This document shows, in pieces, positions 14,664 to 34,107 of a DNA stretch of 64,000 nt. Position 1 is the stretch's first letter, and the number at the start of each line of letters is the position of its first letter. Below the pieces are notes generated by a model. It had not been told where the DNA came from, searched no databases, and worked only from the letters and a program-made list of their open reading frames with translations. This DNA comes from Gemmatimonas sp. (lineage in GTDB: Bacteria > Pseudomonadota > Alphaproteobacteria > SMXQ01): positions 79,880 through 143,879 of the forward strand of contig JBLNCI010000043.1 of assembly GCA_050260515.1 (NCBI GenBank), read 5' to 3'. Both the position numbers and the translations under genes were made by a program.

Positions 14664-16112
14664 TCAGCCCGCGAACAGCGCGTGGGCCGCCTGGGCGGCG
14701 CCGGCGAGGATCGGCTGCGGCCAGACGAAGAAGAACGCGACGAAGGCCGCCGACACGAACGTGATCGTGCCGACCTCGGCGCCGGGCGACGGATCGAACG
14801 CGCCGACCGGCTCGTCGAAGTACATGACCTTGACGATGCGCAGGTAGTAGTAGGCCGCCACCACGCTCGCCAGCACGCCGATGACGGCGAGCGTGAACAT
14901 GCCCGCCTGAACCGCCGCGAGGAAGACGTAGAGCTTGCCGAAGAACCCCGCGAGCGGCGGGATGCCGGCCATCGCGAACATGAACACGGCCATCGCCAGC
15001 GCAAGGCCCGGACGGGTCCGGGCGAGGCCCTTCAGGTCGTCGATCCCCTCGACCGCGACGCCCTGGGCGCGCATGGCGAGGATGACCGCGAACGTGCCGA
15101 CGTTCATGAACAGGTAGATCGCGAGGTACACGGCAATCGCCTCGACGCCCTGCTCGGTCGCGGCGGCGAGCCCGATCAGCACGTAGCCGACGTGGCCGAT
15201 CGAGCTGTAGGCCATCAGCCGCTTGATGTTGGTCTGGTTGATCGCGGCGACGGCGCCGAGCGCCATCGAGGCGATCGAGATGAAGATGATGATCTGCTGC
15301 CACTCGCCGGCGAGCGGCGCGAACGGCCCCATCATGACGCGGACGAACAGGCCGACGGCCGCGGCCTTGGGCGCCACCGAGAAGAACGCGGTGACCGGGG
15401 TCGGCGCGCCCTCGTAGACGTCGGGCGTCCACATGTGGAACGGCACCGCCGCGCACTTGAAGGCGAGCCCGGCGGCGATGAACACGATCCCGAAGATCGC
15501 GCCGATCGAGACGCCGTTGGCGAAGGTCTCGGCCAGGATCGGGAACGAGATCGAGCCGGCGAAGCCGTACACCAGCGTGATGCCGTAGAGCAGCATGCCC
15601 GACGACAGCGCGCCGAGGACGAAGTACTTGAGCCCCGCCTCGGTCGACTTCAGCGAATCGCGGCGGAACGCGGCGATGATGTAGAGCGTCAGGCTCTGCA
15701 GCTCGAGGGCGATGTAGAGCGACAGGAGATCGTTCGCCGACACCATCATCATCATGCCGAGGGTGGCGAACACGAACAGCACCGGATACTCGAACCGGGC
15801 CATGTCCTCCTTCTCGGCGTAGGCGAGCGACAGCAGCAGCGTCAGCGCCGAGCCGCCCAGCACCAGCAGCTTCATGAAGCGGGCGAACGAGTCGGCGACG
15901 AACGCGCCGCCGAACGCCTCGACCGAGCCGGCCTCGGCGCCGAAGGTCACCAGCGCGCCGGCGACGACCAGCGACAGCACCGCGAGCCACGACACGGCGC
16001 GGAACGAGCGGTCGCCCCGGTAGACGCCGATCATCAGCAGCGCCATGCCGGCAAGCGCGAGGAAGACCTCGGGCCAGGCGGGAGACAGGGCGGCGAGCGA
16101 GAAGCGATCCAT
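14664..16112 (-). CDS. nuoN: NADH-quinone oxidoreductase subunit N
   Basis: 482 aa polytopic antiporter-like subunit, last gene of the nuo operon. Confidence 0.93.
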   Translation of the reverse strand: MDRFSLAALSPAWPEVFLALAGMALLMIGVYRGDRSFRAVSWLAVLSLVVAGALVTFGAEAGSVEAFGGAFVADSFARFMKLLVLGGSALTLLLSLAYAEKEDMARFEYPVLFVFATLGMMMMVSANDLLSLYIALELQSLTLYIIAAFRRDSLKSTEAGLKYFVLGALSSGMLLYGITLVYGFAGSISFPILAETFANGVSIGAIFGIVFIAAGLAFKCAAVPFHMWTPDVYEGAPTPVTAFFSVAPKAAAVGLFVRVMMGPFAPLAGEWQQIIIFISIASMALGAVAAINQTNIKRLMAYSSIGHVGYVLIGLAAATEQGVEAIAVYLAIYLFMNVGTFAVILAMRAQGVAVEGIDDLKGLARTRPGLALAMAVFMFAMAGIPPLAGFFGKLYVFLAAVQAGMFTLAVIGVLASVVAAYYYLRIVKVMYFDEPVGAFDPSPGAEVGTITFVSAAFVAFFFVWPQPILAGAAQAAHALFAG

Positions 16113-16119
16113 GATGACC

Positions 16120-17637
16120 TCAGCGGCCGAGCAGGAAGGCGAGCCCGGTGGGCTGCGCGTCCTTCGCGAGCTCCACCTGGTCGACCAGGTTCTGGACGGC
16201 GGCCGACATGCCGTCGAGGAACGGCGCCGGGTAGATGCCCATCCACAGGACGACGAGCACCAGCGGCATGAACACCGCGATCTCGCGCGGGCTGAGATCG
16301 AGGATCGACTTGAGATCCTCCTTCTCGAGCGGCCCGAAGATGACGCGGCGGTACAGCCACAGCATGTACGCCGCGCCGAGGATCAGGCCGGTGGCGGCGA
16401 GCGCGGTCGCGAGACGGTCGACCTGGTAGGTGCCGAGCAGCACCAGGAACTCGCCGACGAATCCGGACGTGCCGGGCAGGCCGACCGAGCCCAGCATGAA
16501 CACCATGAACACGGCCGCATAGGCCGGCATCCGGATCGCGAGGCCGCCGTAACGGGCGATGTCGCGGGAGTGGATGCGGTCGTAGACCACGCCGACGCAG
16601 AGGAACAGCGCCGCCGAGACGATGCCGTGGCTGAGCATCTGGAACAGCGCGCCCTGGATGCCCTGCTCGGTGAACGCGAAGATGCCGAGCGTGACGAAGC
16701 CCATGTGGGCCACCGAGGAGTACGCGATCAGCTTCTTCATGTCCTCCTGGGCGAGCGCCACCAGCGAGGTGTAGATCACGGCGATGATCGAGAGCCCGAA
16801 CACGAACGGCGCGAAGTAGTGGCTCGCGTCCGGCAGCATCGGCAGCGAGAACCGCAGGAAGCCGTAGCCGCCCATCTTCAGCAGGACGCCGGCGAGGATC
16901 ACCGAGCCCGCCGTCGGCGCCTCGACGTGGGCGTCCGGGAGCCAGGTGTGGAGCGGCCACATCGGCACCTTGACCGCGAACGAGGCGAAGAAGGCGAGCC
17001 ACAGCCACTTCTGCATGGCGATCGGGAAGTCGTGGCCCATCAGGGTCGGGATATCGGTCGAGCCCGCCTCGAAGTAGATCGCGAGCAGCGCGATCAGCAT
17101 CAGCACCGAGCCGGTGAGCGTGTAGAGGAAGAACTTGAACGCCGAGTAGACGCGCCGCGGGCCGCCCCAGACGCCGATGATCAGGAACATCGGGATCAGC
17201 ACGCCCTCGAAGAACAGGTAGAAGAGGATGAAGTCGAGGGCGCAGAACATGCCGACCATGAGCGTTTCCAGCACCAGGAACGCGATCATGTACTCGCGCA
17301 CGCGCCTGGTGATGGCGGCCCAGCTCGCCAGAACGCAGAGCGGCGTCAGGAACGTCGACAGCAGGACGAAGAAGATCGAGATGCCGTCGACGCCGACACG
17401 GTAGTTGATGCCGAGCGCCGGGATCCACGGCGCCTCCTCGACGAGCTGGAAGCCCGCGTTGCGCGGATCGAAACCGGCCCACACGAACAGCGAGACGACG
17501 AAGGTCGCGAGCGACGTCCACAGCGCGATGGCGCGGGCGTTGCGGGCGACGGTCTCGTCGTCGCCGCGCACCATCATGATGAACGCGGTGCCGACCAGCG
17601 GCAGGAAGATCGTGACCGAGAGAACAGGCCAGCTCAT
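16120..17637 (-). CDS. nuoM: NADH-quinone oxidoreductase subunit M
   Basis: 505 aa; antiporter-like membrane subunit, position between nuoL and nuoN. Confidence 0.95.
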   Translation of the reverse strand: MSWPVLSVTIFLPLVGTAFIMMVRGDDETVARNARAIALWTSLATFVVSLFVWAGFDPRNAGFQLVEEAPWIPALGINYRVGVDGISIFFVLLSTFLTPLCVLASWAAITRRVREYMIAFLVLETLMVGMFCALDFILFYLFFEGVLIPMFLIIGVWGGPRRVYSAFKFFLYTLTGSVLMLIALLAIYFEAGSTDIPTLMGHDFPIAMQKWLWLAFFASFAVKVPMWPLHTWLPDAHVEAPTAGSVILAGVLLKMGGYGFLRFSLPMLPDASHYFAPFVFGLSIIAVIYTSLVALAQEDMKKLIAYSSVAHMGFVTLGIFAFTEQGIQGALFQMLSHGIVSAALFLCVGVVYDRIHSRDIARYGGLAIRMPAYAAVFMVFMLGSVGLPGTSGFVGEFLVLLGTYQVDRLATALAATGLILGAAYMLWLYRRVIFGPLEKEDLKSILDLSPREIAVFMPLVLVVLWMGIYPAPFLDGMSAAVQNLVDQVELAKDAQPTGLAFLLGR

Positions 17638-17640
17638 GGT

Positions 17641-19572
<1,932 letters not shown>

Positions 19573-19576
19573 ACGC

Positions 19577-19888
19577 TCAGCCCTTCATCAGGTTGATGTC
19601 TTCGACCGCGATCGAGCCGCGGTTGCGGAAGTAGACGACGAGGATGGCGAGGCCGATCGCCGCTTCCGCGGCGGCGACGGTGAGGACGAACAGCGCGAAC
19701 ACCTGCCCGACGAGGTCGCCGAGCGCCGACGAGAACGCGACGAAGTTGATGTTCACCGCGAGCAGCATCAGCTCGACCGACATCAGGATGACGATGACGT
19801 TCTTGCGGTTGAGGAAGATGCCGAAGATGCCCAGCGTGAACAGCACCGCGGCGACGGCGAGGTAATGGGCGAGGCCGATCTCCAGCAT
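19577..19888 (-). CDS. nuoK: NADH-quinone oxidoreductase subunit K
   Basis: Internal ATG 19886-19888 gives the 103-aa [23 protein letters not shown]... protein; ATGA overlap with the nuoJ stop. Confidence 0.93.
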   Translation of the reverse strand: MLEIGLAHYLAVAAVLFTLGIFGIFLNRKNVIVILMSVELMLLAVNINFVAFSSALGDLVGQVFALFVLTVAAAEAAIGLAILVVYFRNRGSIAVEDINLMKG

Positions 19889-20523
19889 CACACGCCCTTT
19901 CCGACTTCGACGTGAACGATCTCGACCGAGGCCGAGCGCGGCCGGCTGACCTGCTCGGCGATGCGCTGGCGGCGCACGCCGCCGCGCTCGCGCAGCGTCA
20001 GCACGATGGCGCCGATCATGGCGACCAGCAGCACCGCGCCCGAGGCCTGGAAGGCGTAGACGTACTTGGTGTAGAGGATCAGCCCGAGCGCCTTGGCGTT
20101 GGTGATGTCGGACGCCGCGGCGGGAATCGGCGCGGCGAGCGCGCCCTCCGCCGGGCCGATCGCCCACGTCGCGAACGCGAACAGCAGCTCGGCCAGCAGC
20201 ACGATGCCGACCAGCGCGCCGATCGGCAGGTACCGGAGGAAGCCCTCGCGCAGCTCGGCGAAGTTGATGTCGAGCATCATCACGACGAACAGGAACAGCA
20301 CGGCGACCGCCCCGACGTAGACGATGACCAGGATCATCGCCACGAACTCGGCGCCCATCAGCACGAACAGCCCGGCGGCGTTGAAGAACGCCAGAATCAG
20401 GAACAGCACGGCGTGCACCGGGTTGCGCGCCGAGATCACCATGGCGCCCGAGGCGATGGTGACCAGCGCGAACAGGTAGAAGGCGGCCGCGTGAACGAGC
20501 GACGGCACCATCTCCAAGGTCAT
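19888..20523 (-). CDS. nuoJ: NADH-quinone oxidoreductase subunit J
   Basis: Start at the ATG 20521-20523 ([24 protein letters not shown]...), 211 aa. Confidence 0.92.
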   Translation of the reverse strand: MTLEMVPSLVHAAAFYLFALVTIASGAMVISARNPVHAVLFLILAFFNAAGLFVLMGAEFVAMILVIVYVGAVAVLFLFVVMMLDINFAELREGFLRYLPIGALVGIVLLAELLFAFATWAIGPAEGALAAPIPAAASDITNAKALGLILYTKYVYAFQASGAVLLVAMIGAIVLTLRERGGVRRQRIAEQVSRPRSASVEIVHVEVGKGV

Positions 20524-20540
20524 AGTCCCCTCTCCCCGGC

Positions 20541-21029
20541 TCAGCGATACGGCGCGTCGGCCGCGAGGTTCGCGGCGATCTCGGCTTCCCAGCGGTCGCC
20601 GTTCGCGAGCAGCTTGTCCTTGTTGTACATCAGCTCCTCGCGCGTCTCGGTCGCGAACTCGAAGTTCGGGCCCTCGACGATCGCGTCGACCGGGCACGCC
20701 TCCTGGCAGTAGCCGCAGTAGATGCACTTCGTCATGTCGATGTCGTAGCGCGTCGTGCGGCGGCTGCCGTCCTCGCGCGGCTCGGCCTCGATGGTGATCG
20801 CCTGGGCCGGGCACACCGCCTCGCACAGCTTGCAGGCGATGCAGCGTTCTTCGCCGTTGGGATACCGGCGCAGTACGTGCTCGCCGCGGAAGCGCGGGCT
20901 CAGCATGCCCTTCTCGTACGGATAGTTGAGCGTGACCTTGGGCCGGAAGAAGTAGCGCAGCGTCATCGCCATGCCGGCGATGAGCTCGCTCAGGAACAGC
21001 GAGCGGGTCGAGCGATCGAGAAACGCCAT
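20541..21029 (-). CDS. nuoI: NADH-quinone oxidoreductase subunit I (2x[4Fe-4S] ferredoxin)
   Basis: Two CxxCxxCxxxCP motifs ([24 protein letters not shown]). Confidence 0.95.
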   Translation of the reverse strand: MAFLDRSTRSLFLSELIAGMAMTLRYFFRPKVTLNYPYEKGMLSPRFRGEHVLRRYPNGEERCIACKLCEAVCPAQAITIEAEPREDGSRRTTRYDIDMTKCIYCGYCQEACPVDAIVEGPNFEFATETREELMYNKDKLLANGDRWEAEIAANLAADAPYR

Positions 21030-21080
21030 CTCACACCTCCGCGCCGGCGGACCGGCGGGTGAAACGATTTGCGGGGGACG

Positions 21081-22088
21081 TCACGGCGTCCACCCGAAGG
21101 CCCGGAGCGCCGCCGCCGTCGCCACCACCCAGAACAGCGAGATCGGCAGGAACACCTTCCAGCCGAGCCGCATGAGCTGGTCGTAGCGGTAGCGCGGGAA
21201 CGTCGCGCGCACCCACAGGAAGAAGAACAACACGAGCGCGATCTTGAGCGCGAACCAGATCGGGCCCGGGATCCAGTTGAACGGCGCGATGTCGAGCGGC
21301 GGCAGCCAGCCGCCGAGGAACAGCACGGACGTCATGCCGCTCATCAGGATCATGTTCGCGTACTCGCCGAGGAAGAACAGCGCGAACGTCATCGACGAGT
21401 ATTCGACGTTGTAGCCCGCGACCAGCTCGGCCTCCGCCTCGGGGAGGTCGAACGGCGCGCGGTTGGTCTCGGCCAGGGCCGAGATGAAGAAAATCACGAA
21501 CATCGGCAGCAGCGGCAGCGCGAACCAGACCTTTTCCTGGGCGCGGACGATGTCGGAGAGGTTGAGCGAGCCGACGCAGAGCAGGACCGAAATGATCACG
21601 AAGCCGATCGAGATCTCGTAGGACACCATCTGCGCGGCGGAGCGCAGCGCGCCGAGGAAGGCGTACTTCGAGTTCGACGCCCAGCCGGCCATGATGATGC
21701 CGTAGACGCCGAGCGAGGAGATCGCGAACAGGTAGAGGATGCCGACGTTGATGTTCGATACCACCCAGCCGTCCGCGAACGGGATCACGGCCCAGGCGAC
21801 CATCGACAGCACGAACGTGACCATCGGCGCGATCACGAACACGACCTTGTTGGCGCGGGTCGGGATCACGGTCTCCTTGAACAGGAGCTTGAGCGCGTCG
21901 GCGATCGGCTGGAGCAGCCCGAACGGGCCGACGACGTTCGGCCCCTTGCGGAGCTGCATCGCGGCGATGACCTTGCGCTCGGCCAGGGTGAGATAAGCGA
22001 CGCACAGGATCAGCGGGATGAGGATCGCGACGATCTGCGCAACCGTCCACGCGAGCGGCGCACCGTACAGGTTCCATGCGTCAGCCAT
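21081..22088 (-). CDS. nuoH: NADH-quinone oxidoreductase subunit H
   Basis: Start at the ATG 22086-22088 ([19 protein letters not shown]...), 2 nt after the nuoG stop. The 557-aa track ORF is an artefactual 5' extension. Confidence 0.93.
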   Translation of the reverse strand: MADAWNLYGAPLAWTVAQIVAILIPLILCVAYLTLAERKVIAAMQLRKGPNVVGPFGLLQPIADALKLLFKETVIPTRANKVVFVIAPMVTFVLSMVAWAVIPFADGWVVSNINVGILYLFAISSLGVYGIIMAGWASNSKYAFLGALRSAAQMVSYEISIGFVIISVLLCVGSLNLSDIVRAQEKVWFALPLLPMFVIFFISALAETNRAPFDLPEAEAELVAGYNVEYSSMTFALFFLGEYANMILMSGMTSVLFLGGWLPPLDIAPFNWIPGPIWFALKIALVLFFFLWVRATFPRYRYDQLMRLGWKVFLPISLFWVVATAAALRAFGWTP

Positions 22089-24141
22089 GGGTGCCCGTCC
22101 TTTCGACGCCGTTCGCGTGGAGCGCCGTGCACTTCGCCATGGTCGCGCTCGCCCGCGAGATCGGGTCGGTCTGGTAGAAATTGGCGATCGGGGAGGCGAG
22201 CGGCGCGTCGCCGAGGGCGCCCGGCTTGCCGAAGGCACCCCACGGCGCGCGGACGATCCGGTCCATCGACGCGAACACCGGGTTCGCCTTTCTGAGGCCC
22301 TCGCGCACCGCGTCGATCGTGTCGTACGGCAGCTTCTTGCCCACGACCGCGGACAGCGCGCGGACGATCTTCCAGTCCTCGCGGGCGTCGCCCGGCGGGA
22401 ACACCGCGCGATGGGTGTGCTGCGGGCGGCCCTCGGTGTTGACGTAGATCGCATGCTTCTCGGTGTAGGCGGCGCCCGGCAGGATGACGTCGGCGCGATG
22501 CGCGCCGCGGTCGCCGTGGTGCCCCTGGTAGATGACGAAGGCCTTGCCGAGCTTCGCCGTATCGATCTCGTCGGCCTCGAGCAGATAGACGACCTCGATC
22601 GCGCCGGTCGCCGCACCTTCGAGGATACCGGCCACGTCGCGCCCTCCCTGACCCGGGACGAAGCCGACGTCGAGGCCGCCGACCCGCGCCGCCGCCGTGT
22701 GGAGCACGTTGAAGCCGTTCCAGTCGTCGCGGACCATGCCGAGCTTGTCGGCAATCGCGCGGGCCGCGGCGAGGATCGCCGCGCCGTCGGGGCGCGCGAG
22801 CGCCCCCTGCCCCACGATCAGCATCGGCTTCTTGGCGTTCTTCAGCGTCTCGGCGAAGGCGTGGCGGTCCTCGGCGATCTCGATCAGCACCTTCGGGCTG
22901 TCGCCCAGGTGCTCGCCGCGATAGGTGAGATCGGCGGCGGTGCCGACGATGGCGACCGGGAAGTTCCCGGCGAGCCAGCGCTTGCGGATGCGCGCGTTCA
23001 GCACCGGCGCCTCGAGGCGCGGGTTGGTGCCGATCAGCAGCAGCGCGTCCGCCTGCTCGATGCCGGCGATGGTCGAATTGAAGAGGTACGAAGCGCGCGA
23101 CGACGGATCGAGCTGGGCGCCGTCCTGACGGCAGTCGAGGTTCGGCGATCCGAACGACTGCATCAGCGACTTGAGCAGGAACATCGACTCGCAGTCGGCC
23201 TGGTCGCCGGCGATGGCGGCGATGCGATCGCCGGAGAGCCCCGAGAGCTTGCGGGCGATCGCGGCAAACGCCTCGCTCCAGTCGGCCTCGCGCAGCTTGC
23301 CGGCGACGCGCACGTACGGCCGGTCGAGACGCTGGCGCTTGAGCCCGTCCCACGAGAAGCGCGACTTGTCCGACAGCCACTCCTCGTTGACGTCCTCGTT
23401 GAGACGCGGCAGCACGCGCATCACCTCGGGCCCGCGCGCATCGATGCGGATCGCCGCACCCAGCGCGTCCATCGCGTCGACCGACTCGGTGTGCGACAGC
23501 TCCCACGGCCGCGCGTTGAACGCGTACGGCTTCGACAGCAGCGCGCCGACCGGGCACAGGTCGATGACGTTGCCCGACAGCTCCGAGCCGACGATGGCAT
23601 CGAGATACGTGCTGATCTCCATGTTCTCGCCGCGGCCGAGCGCGCCGAGATCGTCGGTGCCGGCCACCTCGGACGCAAAGCGGATGCAGCGCGTGCAGTG
23701 GATGCAGCGCGTCATGTGCGTCTCGATCAGCGGACCGAAATCCTTGTCCTTCACCGCGCGCTTCTGCTCGAGGAACCGCGAGCGGTCGAAGCCGTAGAAC
23801 AGCGCCTGGTCCTGGAGGTCGCACTCGCCGCCCTGGTCGCAGATCGGGCAGTCGAGCGGATGGTTGATGAGGAGCATCTCCATCACGCCCTTGCGCGCCT
23901 TGTGCACCATCGGCGTGTCGGTCTTGATCACCATGCCGTCGGCCGCCGGCATCGCGCACGACGCGATCGGCTTCGGCGACTTCTCCATCTCGACCAGGCA
24001 CATGCGGCAGTTGCCGGCGATCGACAGCCGCTCGTGGTAGCAGAAGCGCGGGATCTCGATGCCCGCGACCTCGCACGCCTGGATCACGGTGGACCCGGCG
24101 GGGACTTCGACTTCCTTGCCGTCGATGGTGAGCTTCGGCAT
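22081..24141 (-). CDS. nuoG: NADH-quinone oxidoreductase subunit G
   Basis: 686 aa; N-terminal 2Fe-2S/4Fe-4S cysteine clusters ([32 protein letters not shown]). Confidence 0.95.
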   Translation of the reverse strand: MPKLTIDGKEVEVPAGSTVIQACEVAGIEIPRFCYHERLSIAGNCRMCLVEMEKSPKPIASCAMPAADGMVIKTDTPMVHKARKGVMEMLLINHPLDCPICDQGGECDLQDQALFYGFDRSRFLEQKRAVKDKDFGPLIETHMTRCIHCTRCIRFASEVAGTDDLGALGRGENMEISTYLDAIVGSELSGNVIDLCPVGALLSKPYAFNARPWELSHTESVDAMDALGAAIRIDARGPEVMRVLPRLNEDVNEEWLSDKSRFSWDGLKRQRLDRPYVRVAGKLREADWSEAFAAIARKLSGLSGDRIAAIAGDQADCESMFLLKSLMQSFGSPNLDCRQDGAQLDPSSRASYLFNSTIAGIEQADALLLIGTNPRLEAPVLNARIRKRWLAGNFPVAIVGTAADLTYRGEHLGDSPKVLIEIAEDRHAFAETLKNAKKPMLIVGQGALARPDGAAILAAARAIADKLGMVRDDWNGFNVLHTAAARVGGLDVGFVPGQGGRDVAGILEGAATGAIEVVYLLEADEIDTAKLGKAFVIYQGHHGDRGAHRADVILPGAAYTEKHAIYVNTEGRPQHTHRAVFPPGDAREDWKIVRALSAVVGKKLPYDTIDAVREGLRKANPVFASMDRIVRAPWGAFGKPGALGDAPLASPIANFYQTDPISRASATMAKCTALHANGVERTGTHG

Positions 24142-24151
24142 CGATACTTCC

Positions 24152-25434
<1,283 letters not shown>

Positions 25435-25435
<1 letters not shown>

Positions 25436-26052
25436 CAGCGCGTCTTCCCCTGGAATTCCTTGAGCGTCGTCGGTCCGCCCTGCGGCTCCGACGTGCGGCG
25501 GCCGGACTGCGGGCCCGGCTTCGGCGTCTCGCCGCGCGCGAACGCGTCGATGATGCGGGTCATCGACTGCGGATCGAGGTCCTCGTAGAAATCGTCGCCG
25601 ATCTGCACCATCGGCGCGTTGACGCAGGCGCCGAGGCACTCGACCTCGGTGAGCGTGAAGGTGCCGTCGGCGGTGGTCTCGTCGAGATCGATGCCGAGCC
25701 GCTTGCGGCAGGCGTCGACGATCTCCGCCGAGCCGCGCAGGGCGCACGGGGTCGTCGTGCACACGCCGATGACGTGCCTGCCCACCGGCGACAGATTGAA
25801 CATCGTGTAGAAGGTCACGACCTCGTAGACGCGGATCAGCGGCATGCCGAGGCGGTTGGCGACGTACTCGACCGCCTCCTTGGGGAGCCAGCCGCCGCAC
25901 TGGCGCTGGGCCAGATCGAGCAGCGGGATCACCGCGCTCGCCTGGCGGCCCTGCGGGTAGCGGGCGACGATCCTGGTCGCGAGCGCCTCGTTGTCGGCGT
26001 TGAACGCGAACGGCGCGCCCTGCGGCTTCAGCGGAACCGCGGTGCTGGTCAT
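25435..26052 (-). CDS. nuoE: NADH-quinone oxidoreductase subunit E
   Basis: 205 aa starting [11 protein letters not shown]; thioredoxin-like 2Fe-2S subunit with cysteines (CTTTPC, CLGAC). ATGA overlaps on both sides. Confidence 0.93.
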
Positions 26053-27227
26053 CGGTCGATCTCCCCGAACACGATGTCGAGCGAGCCGATGATCGCAACG
26101 ACGTCCGCCAGCATGTGTCCCTTCGACATGAAATCGAGCGCCTCGAGATGGGCGAAGCCCGGCGCGCGGATCTTGCACCGGTACGGACGGTTGGTGCCGT
26201 CGGAGACGAGATAGACGCCGAACTCGCCCTTGGGCGCCTCGGTCGCCACGTACACCTCGCCGGCGGGCACGTGATAGCCCTCGGTGTAGAGCTTGAAGTG
26301 GTGGATGAGCGCTTCCATCGAACGCTTCATCTCGCCGCGGCGCGGCGGCGAGATCTTGTTGTCGTCGATCAGCACCGGGCCCGACGGCATGCGCTCGAGG
26401 CACTGGCGCATGATGCGGAGGCTCTGGCGCATCTCCTCGAGGCGGACGAGGTAGCGATCGAAGCAGTCGCCGGTCTTGCCGACCGGGATGTCGAACTGCA
26501 TGTCGGCATAGGCGTCGTAGGGCTGCGCCTTGCGCAGGTCCCACGGCACGTTCGACGCGCGGAGCATCGGGCCGGTGAAGCCCCACGCCTGCGCGTCCTC
26601 GGTGCTGACGCGGCCGATGTCGACCGTGCGCTGCCGGAAGATGCGGTTCTCGGTGAGGAGATCGTCGGTGTCGTCGATGAACTTCGGGAACGTGTCGCAG
26701 AACTCCGCGATGTCCTCGAGCAGCGACGGCGGCAGGTCCTGGTGGACGCCGCCCGGACGGAAGTACGCGGCGTGGAGCCGCGCGCCCGAGGCGCGCTCGT
26801 AGAACTCCATCAGCCTCTCGCGCTCCTCGAAGCCCCACAGGAACGGCGTCATCGCGCCGACGTCGAGCGCCATCGCGGTGATGTTGAGGATGTGGTTGAG
26901 GATGCGGCTGATCTCCGCATACAGCACGCGGATGTACTGGGCGCGCGGCGGCACGGTGATGCCGAGCAGCTTCTCGACGGCGAGCGCGTAGCTGTGCTCC
27001 TGGTTCATCGGAGCGACGTAGTCGAGCCGGTCGAAGTACGGCAGCGCCTGCAAGTAGGTCTTGTACTCGATCAGCTTCTCGGTGCCGCGATGCAGGAGCC
27101 CGATGTGCGGATCGGCGCGCTCGACGATCTCGCCGTCCATCTCCAGCACGAGGCGCAGCACGCCGTGGGCCGCAGGGTGCTGCGGCCCGAAGTTCATCGT
27201 GTAGTTCTCGATCTTCTGCTCGGGCAC
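26049..27227 (-). CDS. nuoD: NADH-quinone oxidoreductase subunit D
   Basis: 392 aa, [33 protein letters not shown] is the 49-kDa subunit signature. Confidence 0.95.
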   Translation of the reverse strand: MPEQKIENYTMNFGPQHPAAHGVLRLVLEMDGEIVERADPHIGLLHRGTEKLIEYKTYLQALPYFDRLDYVAPMNQEHSYALAVEKLLGITVPPRAQYIRVLYAEISRILNHILNITAMALDVGAMTPFLWGFEERERLMEFYERASGARLHAAYFRPGGVHQDLPPSLLEDIAEFCDTFPKFIDDTDDLLTENRIFRQRTVDIGRVSTEDAQAWGFTGPMLRASNVPWDLRKAQPYDAYADMQFDIPVGKTGDCFDRYLVRLEEMRQSLRIMRQCLERMPSGPVLIDDNKISPPRRGEMKRSMEALIHHFKLYTEGYHVPAGEVYVATEAPKGEFGVYLVSDGTNRPYRCKIRAPGFAHLEALDFMSKGHMLADVVAIIGSLDIVFGEIDR

Positions 27228-27230
27228 GGC

Positions 27231-27911
27231 TCAGCCCTTTGTCGGAGGGGTTGGACCGGCCGGCACCGTGGGCGACACGGGGGCGTTCGGCGGCACGTCG
27301 GCCTTCTCGTCGCCGGGCAGCAGGTTGCCGTGCGGCGGCTGGCCTTCCCACGGGCTCAGGAAGTCGAAGGTGCGGAACTCCTGCGTCAGCTTGACCGGCT
27401 CGTTGACGACGCGCTTCTGCTCCTCGTCGTAGCGGACCTGAACGAAGCCGGTGAGCGGGAAGTCCTTGCGCAGCGGGTGCCCCTCGAAACCGTAGTCGGT
27501 GAGGATGCGGCGGAGATCGGGGTGGCCGGAGAACAGGATGCCGTAGAGATCCCACGCCTCGCGCTCGAACCAGCCCGCGGTCGGGAACACGCCCGCCAGC
27601 GAGGGCACCGGAGTGACGGCATCGGTGACGACCTTGAGGCGGATGCGACGGTTATGGCGGATCGACAGCAGGTGATAGACGACCTCGAAGCGCTGCGGCC
27701 GGTCGAGATAATCGACGCCGCAAATGTCGAGCAGGATCGTGAACCGGAACGCGGGATCGTCGCGGAGCGCCGTGGCCACCGCGATCAGCGATTCGCGGCC
27801 GACGGGAACGGTGAGCTCGCCGCGGACGATCGTCCCCCGCTCCTCGCCGGGAAACTTCTGCGCGAGGGCATCGGCCAGCGCCTTCAGGCCTTCGGTGGTG
27901 GGCAGCGTCAC
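27231..27911 (-). CDS. nuoC: NADH-quinone oxidoreductase subunit C (30 kDa) with Pro-rich C-terminal tail
   Basis: 226 aa; conserved [23 protein letters not shown] motif. Confidence 0.93.
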   Translation of the reverse strand: MTLPTTEGLKALADALAQKFPGEERGTIVRGELTVPVGRESLIAVATALRDDPAFRFTILLDICGVDYLDRPQRFEVVYHLLSIRHNRRIRLKVVTDAVTPVPSLAGVFPTAGWFEREAWDLYGILFSGHPDLRRILTDYGFEGHPLRKDFPLTGFVQVRYDEEQKRVVNEPVKLTQEFRTFDFLSPWEGQPPHGNLLPGDEKADVPPNAPVSPTVPAGPTPPTKG

Positions 27912-27923
27912 GACGAGATCCGA

Positions 27924-28466
27924 TCAGCGGGCGATGGTGGAGGTGCGGCGGATCTTCTTCTGGAGCTGAAGAATTCCGTAGAGAAGCGCCTCGGCGGTCG
28001 GCGGGCAGCCGGGCACGTAGACGTCCACCGGAACGACGCGGTCGCAGCCGCGCACCACGGAGTACGAGTAATGGTAGTAGCCGCCGCCGTTGGCGCACGA
28101 CCCCATCGAGATGACCCACCGCGGCTCCGCCATCTGGTCGTACACGCGACGCAGCGCCGGAGCCATCTTGTTGGTCAGCGTGCCGGCGACGATCATCACG
28201 TCGGACTGGCGCGGGCTCGGACGGAACACCACGCCGAAGCGGTCGAGGTCGTAACGCGACGCCGCGGTCTGCATCATCTCGACGGCGCAGCACGCGAGAC
28301 CGAAGGTCATCGGCCACAGCGACCCGGTCCGCGCCCAGTTCACCAGGTTGTCGAGCTGGGTGACGAGGAAGCCCTTCGATTGGATCTCGGCGACCGCCGC
28401 GTCGAGCGCGGGATTGCCGCTCGCCGGAGGAACGTCGCCGGGACGGAGAAGTGCGGTGTCGGTCAT
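27924..28466 (-). CDS. nuoB: NADH-quinone oxidoreductase subunit B
   Basis: Start at the ATG 28464-28466 (MTDTALL...). Has N2-cluster motifs [20 protein letters not shown] and VPGCPP. Confidence 0.93.
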   Translation of the reverse strand: MTDTALLRPGDVPPASGNPALDAAVAEIQSKGFLVTQLDNLVNWARTGSLWPMTFGLACCAVEMMQTAASRYDLDRFGVVFRPSPRQSDVMIVAGTLTNKMAPALRRVYDQMAEPRWVISMGSCANGGGYYHYSYSVVRGCDRVVPVDVYVPGCPPTAEALLYGILQLQKKIRRTSTIAR

Positions 28467-28828
28467 TCCCACTCCAGCGCGCCTTTGCGCCACTCGTAGA
28501 CGAAACCCACCGTCAGGACGGCGAGGAACACGACCATCGACCAGAAGCCGAAGTTGCCGATGTCGCCGAACGCGACCGCCCACGGAAACAGAAACGCGAC
28601 CTCGAGGTCGAAGATGATGAACAGGATCGACACGAGGTAGAAACGCACGTCGAAGCGCCGACGCGCGTCCTCGAAGGGCTCGAAACCGCACTCGTAGGCC
28701 GCCAGTTTGTCGGTGTCCGGGCGCTGCCGGGCGACGATGTAGGACGCGCCGACCAGGATCGCCGCCAACGCGACGGCGATGCCGAGGAAGATCAGAATCG
28801 GCAGGTAGGCGGTCAGGAGCGCCTGCAT
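28463..28828 (-). CDS. nuoA: NADH-quinone oxidoreductase subunit A
   Basis: Start at the ATG 28826-28828 ([19 protein letters not shown]...), 121 aa, three TM helices. Confidence 0.9.
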   Translation of the reverse strand: MQALLTAYLPILIFLGIAVALAAILVGASYIVARQRPDTDKLAAYECGFEPFEDARRRFDVRFYLVSILFIIFDLEVAFLFPWAVAFGDIGNFGFWSMVVFLAVLTVGFVYEWRKGALEWE

Positions 28829-28870
28829 TGAAAACCTTCCGGCGGGCGGGAGAGCGGGCGAATTCGTGTG

Positions 28871-28891
28871 GTGGGAATATAGGAATCCCAC
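28871..28891. promoter_or_regulatory. Near-palindrome GTGGGAATATAGGAATCCCAC in the nuo operon upstream region
   Basis: Seen directly, 43-63 nt upstream of nuoA start; AT-rich centre in a GC-rich genome. Confidence 0.25.
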
Positions 28892-29029
28892 GGCTTATTG
28901 CAAAGCAAACTTTCCAGAAAAAGCCCCGCAGAACAGTCTTATCCGGGCTGCGCGCAGCGCCGATCCGAGACCGTCGCGAGCGACGCTTCAGCGCACCGTC
29001 GGCGTCGAAGGCTTGAGTGTGGAGAAGAG

Positions 29030-29106
<77 letters not shown>

Positions 29107-29278
29107 GCAGAGGGATTCGGCCTCCCGGCAAGCCCGGCGGCGCGAGGGCCGTGGTGTACTGCGCGCCCTCCGCCCTGTCAAGGAATGTCCGGTTGCGCGC
29201 CAACGAACTCAGGGACTTGCGCCGCACCGGATGAGGTAAACGCCGCCTTTCAGCGGCGACGTCGCGAGCCGCCGTGCG

Positions 29279-29354
29279 TGGTGGGCGGTGACGGGATCGA
29301 ACCGCCGACATCTTGCGTGTAAAGCAAGCGCTCTACCGGCTGAGCTAACCGCCC
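29279..29354 (-). tRNA. tRNA-Val (anticodon TAC), CCA encoded
   Basis: Manual fold: acceptor GGGCGGT/ACCGCCC, anticodon stem-loop CTTGC-TTTACAC-GCAAG, T-loop GGTTCGATCC. Confidence 0.93.
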
Positions 29355-29410
29355 CCCGCACAGGCTCGCGGCGTAGTGATAGCGCGCGACGGCGGCGCCG
29401 ACGAGCGCAA

Positions 29411-29439
29411 AGAAAAACCGGCTGCCGCAGCAGCCGGTT
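29411..29439 (-). terminator. Rho-independent terminator downstream of hup (AACCGGCTGC-CGCA-GCAGCCGGTT + U-tract on minus strand)
   Basis: 10-bp GC-rich stem followed by TTTTTCTTTG on the transcribed strand. Confidence 0.55.
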
Positions 29440-29468
29440 CGGAACGGGTACGAAACCTACGGCGACGC

Positions 29469-29741
29469 TTAGTTGACGGCGTCCTTGAGACCCTTGCCGG
29501 CGCGGAACTTCGGCAGCTTGGACGCGGGAATCTGAATCGCCTCTCCGGTACGCGGGTTGCGGCCCTGCGTAGCGGCACGCTTCGACACGACAAACGTTCC
29601 GAAGCCGACCAGCCGGACTTCGTCGCCCTTCTTCAGGGACTTGGTGATGACATCGAATACTTCGTCCACGGCACGCGTGGAGTCCGCCTTGGACAGTCCG
29701 GTGTTGGACGCCACCGCGGCCACGAGATCGTTCTTATTCAC
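29469..29741 (-). CDS. hup: DNA-binding protein HU
   Basis: 90 aa, GTG start (cac 29739-29741) with SD AGAGGGGG 7 nt upstream. VNKNDLVAAVASNTGLSKADSTRAVD...GFGTFVVSKRAARTGRNPRTGEAI matches HU. The track ORF is over-extended 5'. Confidence 0.88.
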   Translation of the reverse strand: MNKNDLVAAVASNTGLSKADSTRAVDEVFDVITKSLKKGDEVRLVGFGTFVVSKRAATQGRNPRTGEAIQIPASKLPKFRAGKGLKDAVN

Positions 29742-29917
29742 CTTGATACCCCCTCTTTGCAGTAGATCGCTTTCGACCAGGGCACGGTGACCAGCCGAAA
29801 TCAACAGAGGGACTAGAACGCGAAAAACCGCGGGCGTCAATCGCCCGCGGCCGAGTTTTCCCCGTATTTTGCGCGTATCTGCGGTGTTTCCGCGGAGGCG
29901 GAAGCGGGTGTCGTCAC

Positions 29918-32347
<2,430 letters not shown>

Positions 32348-32440
32348 ACTGGGGTATCTCCTGGGCCCCGGACGGAGGGGCGGAACGTGACTGAATTCCG
32401 TCGACTATGTTTGCGTCACTTACGCTTCAGTCAAACAAGC

Positions 32441-32469
32441 AAATGGCGTGCCACCGGATTTCATTCAAG
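32441..32469 (-). promoter_or_regulatory. Putative sigma-32 (RpoH)-type heat-shock promoter CTTGAA-N15-CGCCATTT upstream of lon
   Basis: Seen on minus strand; resembles the alphaproteobacterial RpoH consensus CTTG-N16-18-CYTATNT/CCCCAT. About 85 nt upstream of the lon ATG. Confidence 0.4.
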
Positions 32470-32515
32470 GGGCACGCCACCGCAGGTCCAAGTCCGGCTC
32501 CGGCCGGCTGCTCGA

Positions 32516-33784
<1,269 letters not shown>

Positions 33785-34107
33785 AGAAACTCCATCCTCT
33801 GACCCCCGGGAGTGACGGCCACCCGCCTCACAGCCACCCACCCGAGCTTCATGTTAGACACAGTGAAATGGGGTCGACAACGTTAATCCGCGAGTCCAGA
33901 CCCAACCTATTGTGTTCCGTCAACGGCAACCGCGCGCAGGAAGGTCATTCCAGCAGAGCGCGCTCAACATTCCGTTAAATGACGAAACGGCCCAATGCTT
34001 CAATAGCTTGAGCCTTAAACGGTTGCGGGCGTCGCGAAGTTCCCGCCGGCATCGCGTGCGCGAGCGCGCATGCCACGCCTGCGGGGATCAGTTCGCCGTG
34101 CGGCGCG

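Noticed and set aside
33842-34107. Possible small gene in the 320-bp clpX-clpP intergenic region (track ORF 33912-34151)
   Set aside because: No SD, poor codon bias; the region more likely holds the clpX promoter and a clpP terminator hairpin (GCGTGCGCGAGCGCGCATGC).
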